Shown: positions 17,172 through 24,593 of the stretch, in pieces
Numbering within the stretch: position 1 is the first letter of the stretch
Layout: each line of letters begins with the position of its first letter
Origin: Promethearchaeota archaeon
GTDB lineage: Archaea > Asgardarchaeota > Lokiarchaeia > Sigyniarchaeales > SOKP01
NCBI GenBank assembly: GCA_016926735.1
Contig: JAFGOA010000022.1
Location: forward strand, 1 to 24,593
DNA: 24,593 nucleotides
Direction: 5' to 3'
Notes under the pieces: model-generated
Database searches by the model: none
Told to the model about the DNA's origin: nothing
The model's input: only the letters and a program-made list of their open reading frames with translations
Program-made: the position numbers and the translations under genes

Positions 17172-17417
17172 ATGACGATTAAAGCTCTTATATTTTGTAA
17201 AATATCACATAAATCAATGCTAGAAGTATTAAATAAACTTAAAGAGATTCCAGAAATTAAAAAACTATTTTCTTTAACTGGAGATTATGATATTTGTGCA
17301 GAAATCGAAGTAATTGAAATTAATGAATTATATAATTCATTTGTTAAAAAGATAGATCTAATTGAAGGAATTATTAATACAAATACTCATGTAGTAATGA
17401 AAGAATTTGTTAAGTAA
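17172..17417 (+). CDS. Stand-alone Lrp/AsnC ligand-binding domain protein (no HTH)
   Basis: KALIFCK..LKEIPEI..LFSLTGDYDICAEIE..IEGIINTNTHVVM. At 81 aa it has no room for a DNA-binding domain. Confidence 0.88.
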   Translation: MTIKALIFCKISHKSMLEVLNKLKEIPEIKKLFSLTGDYDICAEIEVIEINELYNSFVKKIDLIEGIINTNTHVVMKEFVK

Positions 17418-17433
17418 CATTAATTTACATTAA

Positions 17434-18270
17434 TCACAGCCTATCATTTTCTTCTTTAAAGATTGGTACTACAGAATTTATTTCTAATTCAAGACTAATA
17501 CCAGTTTCTTGATTATGACTATTTTCAATTATCTCTTCATGTTTCCTATAAAATTCTCTCGTTGCGAGATATAATTTTTGTTTTAAATCTAAAGAATTAT
17601 AATCACTTATAAGAATTCCAGTTATTCCTTTATATTTTTCTAAGATAATAGAACGTCTATCTTTTATTAATTGACGCATAGCACCAGATTTCTTAATAAT
17701 ATGATTAGTTATAATTGAAATTGAGGTTAAAGCTCCACCATAAATATCTATTAAATCTGGGCTTATATCATCCTCAAGATTTTCTTTATAAATATGCTTT
17801 GCAATAAAAGTACTATTAAAATTATCCATAAAGAGTAAAATCTGAGGTTTAGCTGGTTTAAAATATGTATTATTAAATTTCATAATATCTTTTGTTGAAA
17901 CTACACCTATAGCTTTTCCATTTTCAGAGATTAATGTTCTTTTATAATTATTATCGATAAGAAAGCGAATAATTTTATCTATTGGAGTTTTAGCATCAAT
18001 TAATTCAATAGGTCCCTTCATAATGGTTTTTATAGATATTTCTCCTAAGTTAATATTATTCATTCCACCATTATTAAGATAATTAATTATATCAGTCTTA
18101 GTAACTATATAATAATCTTTATCATCTTTATTATGAATAAAAACAGCAGAAATTTTATGTTTATCTAATAAATTTATAATATCTTTAAGTCTGGCTTTAT
18201 CATCTAATAGAACAACATATGGAGTCATAATCTCTTTTGCAGCAAAAGATTCTCTATTTATTTGGCTCAT
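17434..18270 (-). CDS. CBS-pair protein with C-terminal longin-like domain
   Basis: Two CBS repeats (AKEIMTP..ISAVFI..IVTKTDI; IKTIMKG..IGVVSTKDI). Then a ~135 aa domain with LIDIYGGALTSISII, SIILEK, ITGILIS and LKQKLYLATREFYRKH, resembling Asgard longins. Confidence 0.75.
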   Translation of the reverse strand: MSQINRESFAAKEIMTPYVVLLDDKARLKDIINLLDKHKISAVFIHNKDDKDYYIVTKTDIINYLNNGGMNNINLGEISIKTIMKGPIELIDAKTPIDKIIRFLIDNNYKRTLISENGKAIGVVSTKDIMKFNNTYFKPAKPQILLFMDNFNSTFIAKHIYKENLEDDISPDLIDIYGGALTSISIITNHIIKKSGAMRQLIKDRRSIILEKYKGITGILISDYNSLDLKQKLYLATREFYRKHEEIIENSHNQETGISLELEINSVVPIFKEENDRL

Positions 18271-18472
18271 TAATATTAATTATGATATTAACAATATATT
18301 ATTTTTTCTTAATTATTTTAAAAATTACTAAGGATTGTATTCTTTTTATCATTCATAGATTTTAGCTTAAAACCACCTAATAATTTAAATCAAATATTAT
18401 ATTTTAATTATAAAATTAAAAAGAACGATTTATAGGAAGAAATTCCTTATTTAAACTAATAATTATTATGAG

Positions 18473-18646
18473 TTGATAAAAATTAGTTTAATATGTAAAG
18501 AATGTGGCAATAAAATAAATATTCCAAAACATTGTGGCAAATCTATGCTTGTAAAAAATGATTATTTATTATGTTGTAGTTCTGAGGAATGTGGTTATCA
18601 AGAAATACCCGAATGTTGTGGTAAAAAAATGCAATATTCTGAATAA
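18473..18646 (+). CDS. Small Cys-rich metal-binding protein (57 aa), not in the ORF track
   Basis: From TTG 18473: MIKISLICKECGNKINIPKHCGKSMLVKNDYLLCCSSEECGYQEIPECCGKKMQYSE* (TAA 18644-18646). It has 8 Cys in two similar halves. The start codon is uncertain. Confidence 0.75.
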   Translation: MIKISLICKECGNKINIPKHCGKSMLVKNDYLLCCSSEECGYQEIPECCGKKMQYSE

Positions 18647-18724
18647 AGATCTTATTTTTTTCTTAATCTACATAAAATTTCTTTAAAGAATAATTTTTTA
18701 AAAAAGAAAGAAGGAATATAAGAA

Positions 18725-20305
18725 CTACCAGATTAATTCGTGAATTATTTCTTGCGCCTTATCAGCTGTTCTTTTTCCTAAAATTCGTTTAATTCTTAGA
18801 TCACTAATTGTCTGTTCTAATTTTGTATCTAAGTTTTTAATACTTTCCATAAGGTTAGATTTTTCTCCTTCTTTTTCTACTAAATTAATAACAGGATTGT
18901 ATTTATTCATTAAATCTTCAAGTTTTAATCTGAATTTCTCTTTTAATTTAGCAGAAACTACTTTTTCATTATCAACCAAAATAGGTAATACAGGAATTCT
19001 TTTTGTTGTTCTTTTTATATTAGGATCGGTAAAATGGAAAATAAAAATTGGAATTCCAACAACAACATCCTTTGTTTTTATTTCAATGGTAAAGTCCTTT
19101 AAAAATTGTTGGACATTATTCATTTCCTGATCCTTTACAAATTCGATGTTATCTAAACTCGATTGTTTTTCTGCTTTAATTTTAGTAACAACATCTTCTA
19201 CTGTTACCGTTTTAGTACTAAGATCACTATGTTTATTTTTTATATTTCTTTCAACTTCAGATATTTTTCTTTCTAATTCTGAAATCCGTTTTTGATGAGT
19301 TTTTTCAATATCAGAGATTTCCCGATCTATACTTCTATGTAATTGTGATAATTCATCTTGATATCTTTTTATAGAATTACCTAAATCGGTATATCTAAGA
19401 TATAATTCTTTCATTGCTTCATCAACTAAGAAAAGATCTTTTTTATCAACCGCATTTTTTACTCTTCCATTTGAATTTCTAATCGCATCTAGATTCGTGG
19501 AAAAATCACCAGTTTTGTCATGTATTTTATATTTTCCTGACTGCATCAATTCTTCTGGTGTTGCATGCAGATCTCTTTCTTTTTCTTTTTGTAATTCTTG
19601 GTTCAATATAGCTAATTGTTTTTCTTCTTCGCTTGTATCTATTTTTGTATCTCTATATTTATCAACTTCTTTACCTCCCTTTTTTATCCATTTATCACAT
19701 ATGTCAATTATGATATCTCTATATTGATCGAGTATTTTCACATCTTTTAATTCAATAAAATCATGAATATCAGGAAGTATTTTTATTTGATTTACGCTTT
19801 TTGCAATAGGATCTCCTTCTAATAAGAAATATGGTTCATTAAAAGAACTTATATTATATTGATTCAAGAAAAATGTTTTAAAATAATCAATATCTGCTGT
19901 ATTAAAAATAGCTTCTTGTATTAGTTTTCCTCTTTTAAAATTACTCATTTTAAGATAACGTTTATTATAATTAGTAAGAGATGATAAAAACGATGCAGGA
20001 TCTGCTCCTGTAATTACATTATCAGGTTTTGGAGGAAATTTTTTAAATTTTCCAATATAAAACGTTTCAGATGTATTTAAGAGATATGAACAGACACAAG
20101 CTCTTGTCTCATTTAGCGGTATCAAACGAACAGGCCAAAAACATGAAGTGATATGATGAACTTTACCAAATTTTTTTAATTTAGCGCCATAGATATTTGT
20201 TAATTCAACTAAACCCATAGCCATCTCACTTAATAAAGTACCTTGAGATCTAGAAGGGATAACATCACCTAAATTGATTAAATATGGAATAACATGATCT
20301 ACCAT
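18725..20305 (-). CDS. Hypothetical protein with central coiled coil
   Basis: 526-aa uninterrupted ORF with a heptad-rich middle (about aa 220-410) between globular ends. No family recognised. Confidence 0.75.
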   Translation of the reverse strand: MVDHVIPYLINLGDVIPSRSQGTLLSEMAMGLVELTNIYGAKLKKFGKVHHITSCFWPVRLIPLNETRACVCSYLLNTSETFYIGKFKKFPPKPDNVITGADPASFLSSLTNYNKRYLKMSNFKRGKLIQEAIFNTADIDYFKTFFLNQYNISSFNEPYFLLEGDPIAKSVNQIKILPDIHDFIELKDVKILDQYRDIIIDICDKWIKKGGKEVDKYRDTKIDTSEEEKQLAILNQELQKEKERDLHATPEELMQSGKYKIHDKTGDFSTNLDAIRNSNGRVKNAVDKKDLFLVDEAMKELYLRYTDLGNSIKRYQDELSQLHRSIDREISDIEKTHQKRISELERKISEVERNIKNKHSDLSTKTVTVEDVVTKIKAEKQSSLDNIEFVKDQEMNNVQQFLKDFTIEIKTKDVVVGIPIFIFHFTDPNIKRTTKRIPVLPILVDNEKVVSAKLKEKFRLKLEDLMNKYNPVINLVEKEGEKSNLMESIKNLDTKLEQTISDLRIKRILGKRTADKAQEIIHELIW

Positions 20306-20503
20306 TTTTTTTTTCCTCTAATTTGATATATTATTTTTTAAATAAGTCTACTAAATAAGCTTTTCCCTTTTAATTTTCATTTTTTTTAATATATTCTTTT
20401 TATAGAATTATAATCAATTTTAAGACTTCAATTTCTCAACTTTATGATTAATTTTTAAAAATTAGAAAAAGTTTCAAAATAAAAAGAATTAAAATAAATA
20501 TAT

Positions 20504-21223
20504 ATGTCAAATATCAGTCGTAGTAAATTAAAAAAAAAAAAAGAAGATATTTGGAAAGAGAAGGTAAATATTTTTTTTGATATTCTAAAAATTGATTTTA
20601 TACTGATTATTCATAAGAATACGTCTTCAATTATTGGTAAAAAAGATATTCATGAATCATCTTTTAATATCGAATTGACGAACAGATTGCTTCAAGAGAT
20701 TATAAAATATGAGATTAATTCTAAAAAGGTAGATATTTTTGATGGAGATCTACAAAAAGATATCTCAATTTTTGATTTTAAAAATTATAAAATTATAATT
20801 GAAGATGGAAATTTTATTAGGGGAGCGCTGATTTTAAACTCTACACCTTCATATTATCTACATAAAAGTCTGGAAATTTTTGTAAAAGAATATGAGAAAG
20901 AAAATGGAAAATTCTTGAAAACTTTTACAAGAAAAATAACAACATATCCCGATTTTATTAATATTATCGAAAAGATATTTGATATTACGTTAGTTTTTCC
21001 TCATATTATTAATTTAACACCTTTATCAACAAATATAAATCCTTATCAAGATAAAATTTTAACTATCGCCACAAATATTCAAAAAGAAAAAGGAAAATTC
21101 TTCATAAGTGAATTATTAAATAAACTTCTATTGATAAAAGAAATAAAAGAACCAAAAGAGAAAATTATCGCAGATATTTATGATTTAAGGCAATATGGTT
21201 ATATCATACCAATAATAGAATAA
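20504..21223 (+). CDS. Hypothetical protein, longin-like domain plus C-terminal helical/winged-helix-like region
   Basis: ILIIHKNTS, FDFKNYKIIIEDGNFIRGALIL, LEIFVKEYEKE and FINIIEKIFD follow the Lokiarchaeal longin-like pattern. The tail reads FFISELL..IYDLRQYGYIIP. Confidence 0.55.
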   Translation: MSNISRSKLKKKKEDIWKEKVNIFFDILKIDFILIIHKNTSSIIGKKDIHESSFNIELTNRLLQEIIKYEINSKKVDIFDGDLQKDISIFDFKNYKIIIEDGNFIRGALILNSTPSYYLHKSLEIFVKEYEKENGKFLKTFTRKITTYPDFINIIEKIFDITLVFPHIINLTPLSTNINPYQDKILTIATNIQKEKGKFFISELLNKLLLIKEIKEPKEKIIADIYDLRQYGYIIPIIE

Positions 21224-21243
21224 AATCCCGGCTAAATATATAT

Positions 21244-21762
21244 TTAATTTAACTTTTTAAGTGATTTAATTAAAGAATCTGGTAAATTTGTATAAAATTC
21301 TATTTTATTTTTTTCAGATTTTTCTATACTTTTATATGAAGGGATAAATCCAGAAGGTTTAAGATTAAAAGCTTTGAAAATATTAAGAAACTTCTTAGAT
21401 CTTCTTACTAGATAACTAATAAAGAGATATTGTGAAAAATCATATTGAGATAATAGTTTTATTGCCCTAAATAATTCAGATAATTTTATATTGAAAAATG
21501 GAGGATCACATAGGATAATTCCAAATTTATTAGCCCCTATCCAATAGGGTTTTGTTAAATCAAAATATTGGAATCCTGCTATATCAGAAAATCTTTTATC
21601 GATATCTAAGATCGTACAAGGAATTCCTTTATTTAGGATTTCTCTTCCTAATTTAGGAGCACATAATAAACACGGATTTTTAAACAATTTTATAAAATTT
21701 AACAATATTTCTTCTATATTTTTATCAAAAAAATATTGCTCATTTCTATATAATTCATCCAT
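21244..21762 (-). CDS. SAM-dependent methyltransferase, N6-adenine-MTase-like (EEF1AKMT1/Efm5-ZCCHC4 family)
   Basis: EQYFFD, CLLCAPKL, ILDIDKRF, ILCDPPF (DPPY-type motif IV) and terminal EFYTNLP. Confidence 0.72.
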   Translation of the reverse strand: MDELYRNEQYFFDKNIEEILLNFIKLFKNPCLLCAPKLGREILNKGIPCTILDIDKRFSDIAGFQYFDLTKPYWIGANKFGIILCDPPFFNIKLSELFRAIKLLSQYDFSQYLFISYLVRRSKKFLNIFKAFNLKPSGFIPSYKSIEKSEKNKIEFYTNLPDSLIKSLKKLN

Positions 21763-21816
21763 GATACTATGAGTTAGTCTTGATTTATAAGTTTTAGAAA
21801 AAAAAAGATGAAAAAA

Positions 21817-24414
21817 TTATTTATTCTTATCTTTTATTAAAAATCCTGAGGGATATAGATTTGTTAATTTTCTTGGAGTTGTATTGTATCCATGATCTTC
21901 CATTTTTTTGTATAATTTTTTTATATTGTCATTTCTTGAAAACTCCATAATTTCTTCAGCAAATAAAATATATGAGAAAGATGTAAAGAAGGGTGTACCC
22001 CAAAAGACTACAATTACCATGAAAGCTCCAAAAATAATAAAGAATACGCTATCTCCTTGAAAGAATCCTGAGAAATCTATATGAGATAAGAAAGTGATAA
22101 AAGTAAAAAGAGCAGAAATTCCAGCTATACCTTTAATCATAGACTGAGACCATACACTAATTGACTCAACATCACCCGGAGCTCTATGTTTTTTTGGTTG
22201 ACGGAAGAATACTACACCTGCATCATCAAGTAAGTAATTACCAGCAATAAAGAATGAAAATATAACAAATGATAAAATCATTGGTAACATACAAAGAACA
22301 TTATATCCAACTATAAAGTTTAGAAATTGAGTCCCTCCAAAGCTCTCAAAATTTGTATTATATCCCATTATGGGAGCTAATGTATTATATGAATAAAATC
22401 CGACAGCAATAGACAATAATAATGGTAATATAATCCTTTTAATCTTTAATATTACCCCAAGTTCTTTTCTATTGCCCATATCTAATATAATAATTTCATT
22501 GTTATACTTTTTAGATATTTTAAAAAAGAAGTTACGAACTCTTATGAAGAAGAAAGCAAATCTATGGGAAAATTGATTAAATATAGCTGCTGTTAAGGGT
22601 AACATACCATACCAAATAATAGAAACTAAGATAAAAACAATAGTTATTGATGTCATATTGTTTCCCATTATAAGGGTTAGGTTAAAGACATTAAGTTGCA
22701 TAAGAAAAAGTAAAAATGTAATTGTCATTAAAGCAATAGATATAATATTAACAATAATTGCTAATCTCCTTCTTCTAATATTTTGTTTAATTTCTTCTCT
22801 TCTTATATGCAATTTTTTTATATTTGGAATTAAAAAAATGAATCCGATTATAAGACAAGCTATTAAAATAATAAAAAAGGGAATACTTAACAGAATATCT
22901 GGAGAGAGCCATAAATCTATAGGATCTTGAGAGGTTATTATATAAAAATTCTGCCATCCAGTAATTAATAAATCATTTTTTCCATCTCCATTAAAATCAT
23001 TTATAGTTTTAAAGTATTCAGAGTCCATATTGGTATTTATTATTGCAAGATTCTTATTTGAAGTTGTACTACGGATAATTATTCTTCTAATATTATCAAT
23101 CGAACCAAATGGGCGTATTATATCTATTATAATAATTTCATCAAGTAAATCTCCATCTAAATCTTCATTTAATAGAAAAATTGACGATCTTTCAGATTTT
23201 TCTGTTCCCCAAACCAAATTGCAAGTAGAAATATTAATTCGATATAGAGCTATTTCTTCTATATCACTATCCTCCATCTCTAAATGATCTTCGTTTATGA
23301 CAGCTAGAAAAGTCTCATCATTTGATATCTCATTTCCCAGCTCTTTTATTTTTATTGTCTCAAATTGATTAGTTGTTATGATAGAATAATAATTTAAAAG
23401 ACCTCCGTTAGAACCATTGAATATATGTAAAGTTGCAAGACTGGTATCATTTTTTGTTATAATAGCGATTTCAGAATTTCCGTCAAAATTTAAATCTTTT
23501 ATAATATCAATAGAGAGAATATTGTCTTCTAAAGAATTACTATAAATAGGATTAGAAATATTCAGATTTTCTACGTCTAAAAGTTTAAAATTACTTCTAT
23601 CTATGAAGAATAATTGCTCTTCACCTTGATGATTATAAAGAAATATGTCAGGAAATACCCCCTCTTCTTTGTATATATCATCAAAACTCATAGTTGATCC
23701 TGTATATTCATTGTAATTTTTATTTCCATCAATTGTATAACTTGTAAGATTCACTTTAAATTGATCATAAATACTTGTAGTATTCCAAAGTTCTAAGCAA
23801 AATAAATCATCAATAGCATCATATGGATCATCTAAACTTACTAAATCTGCAATTGGATTTGTTGTGAAGTTATTATATCCAGTTGCGTTTGATCCGTCAT
23901 TCCCAAGTATTATAAAGTTTATAAACTGATCAAAGTAAATGATTGGACGTTTAAAATTAGGGTTACTTTCATCCCAATTTTCATCCACAGGAGAAACACT
24001 TACAAAATAATCTATAATATTATCACTATTTATGTCCATTATAGGAAATACTTTTTCTACAGGATTATCAAAAGTTTGCTGCCATAATTTTTCTCCATTT
24101 TTAGCATTAAACGCTATAACTCCACCAAATTTAGGAGTATCATATAAAATCTCATTTTCGTGATCTTTATCAAATTGTTTAATATTAATATAAGCTATTA
24201 TGTCATTAATCCCATCATTATCAATATCATCTGTTTGAAGGTTTGTCACTTTTATAGGATATTCATTTTCCATATCTTGCCAAACCCAACCAGTTTGAAC
24301 CTCCATTTGGGTCATGAAGATAATTCCTAAACCGCCAAAAATAAGTAATGAGACTCCTAATAATAATAAATTGACAGGTTCAATCTTGTTTTTTCTATTC
24401 TTAAAAATATTCAT
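21817..24414 (-). CDS. Membrane protein with extracellular FG-GAP/VCBS-type repeats and a multi-pass C-terminal domain
   Basis: N-terminal hydrophobic anchor and five DxxxDx-type loops (DIDNDGINDI, DINSDNIIDY, DLNFDGNSEI, DLDGDLLDEI, DFNGDGKNDL). About 7 hydrophobic segments follow in the last ~360 aa. Confidence 0.8.
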   Translation of the reverse strand: MNIFKNRKNKIEPVNLLLLGVSLLIFGGLGIIFMTQMEVQTGWVWQDMENEYPIKVTNLQTDDIDNDGINDIIAYINIKQFDKDHENEILYDTPKFGGVIAFNAKNGEKLWQQTFDNPVEKVFPIMDINSDNIIDYFVSVSPVDENWDESNPNFKRPIIYFDQFINFIILGNDGSNATGYNNFTTNPIADLVSLDDPYDAIDDLFCLELWNTTSIYDQFKVNLTSYTIDGNKNYNEYTGSTMSFDDIYKEEGVFPDIFLYNHQGEEQLFFIDRSNFKLLDVENLNISNPIYSNSLEDNILSIDIIKDLNFDGNSEIAIITKNDTSLATLHIFNGSNGGLLNYYSIITTNQFETIKIKELGNEISNDETFLAVINEDHLEMEDSDIEEIALYRINISTCNLVWGTEKSERSSIFLLNEDLDGDLLDEIIIIDIIRPFGSIDNIRRIIIRSTTSNKNLAIINTNMDSEYFKTINDFNGDGKNDLLITGWQNFYIITSQDPIDLWLSPDILLSIPFFIILIACLIIGFIFLIPNIKKLHIRREEIKQNIRRRRLAIIVNIISIALMTITFLLFLMQLNVFNLTLIMGNNMTSITIVFILVSIIWYGMLPLTAAIFNQFSHRFAFFFIRVRNFFFKISKKYNNEIIILDMGNRKELGVILKIKRIILPLLLSIAVGFYSYNTLAPIMGYNTNFESFGGTQFLNFIVGYNVLCMLPMILSFVIFSFFIAGNYLLDDAGVVFFRQPKKHRAPGDVESISVWSQSMIKGIAGISALFTFITFLSHIDFSGFFQGDSVFFIIFGAFMVIVVFWGTPFFTSFSYILFAEEIMEFSRNDNIKKLYKKMEDHGYNTTPRKLTNLYPSGFLIKDKNK

Positions 24415-24593
24415 AACTAAATCTATAGTTCTATTTATTGTATTTAATATTAGTTTTTTTACAGTAATACTAAATACTTTATTTAAAAGGATTTATGCTA
24501 TTTTTTTCCTTACTAATCTAAAAAAATACAAATTTTATAGTATTTAAAGAATTATGTTTGGATCTATATTCTCTAAAAATAAAATTATATTCG

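Noticed and set aside
18897-19727. Plus-strand ORFs 18897-19130 and 19497-19727
   Set aside because: Antisense shadows of the 526-aa gene, with the S/F/L-rich composition typical of reverse frames.
21244-21762. Restriction-modification or defence methyltransferase
   Set aside because: Too short to include a target-recognition domain, no partner nuclease nearby, and the motif order fits the EEF1AKMT1/ZCCHC4 family better.
22658-24547. Plus-strand ORFs 22658-22930, 23030-23287 and 24314-24547
   Set aside because: Antisense to the FG-GAP membrane gene or running through AT-rich intergenic DNA, with no motifs.

Overview
Very AT-rich, gene-dense archaeal window. It is most consistent with an Asgard archaeon (Lokiarchaeia), inferred from several longin-like proteins, a selenocysteine-type Vhu hydrogenase and a eukaryote-like methyltransferase. 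The left part holds the 3' end of purF, then hisH-hisF. It continues with a hydrogen-metabolism island: hypF, hypE, hypD, hdrB, hdrC, a group 3c [NiFe(Se)] hydrogenase (vhuG-vhuA-vhuU), hypC and a CooC-type Ni ATPase. The main hidden feature is missing from the ORF track: a 49-codon vhuU gene (8127-8276, minus strand). It supplies the C-terminal Ni-binding motif that VhuA lacks, has an in-frame UGA at the metal-ligand position (RCYDC-U-LSCAAH), and is followed by a SECIS-like structure overlapping its own stop codon. VhuG has a duplicated 8-Cys Fe-S module. The right part holds a coiled-coil/HEAT protein, a cyclophilin, a DUF6125-like protein, an EamA transporter fused to an Lrp/AsnC (RAM) domain next to a stand-alone RAM protein, and a CBS-longin fusion. 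It also holds an unannotated Cys-rich microprotein, a coiled-coil protein, a longin-like protein, an EEF1AKMT1/ZCCHC4-like methyltransferase and a large FG-GAP-repeat membrane protein. No rRNA, tRNA, CRISPR array or intact mobile element was seen. All family assignments come from motifs recognised by eye, not from database searches.
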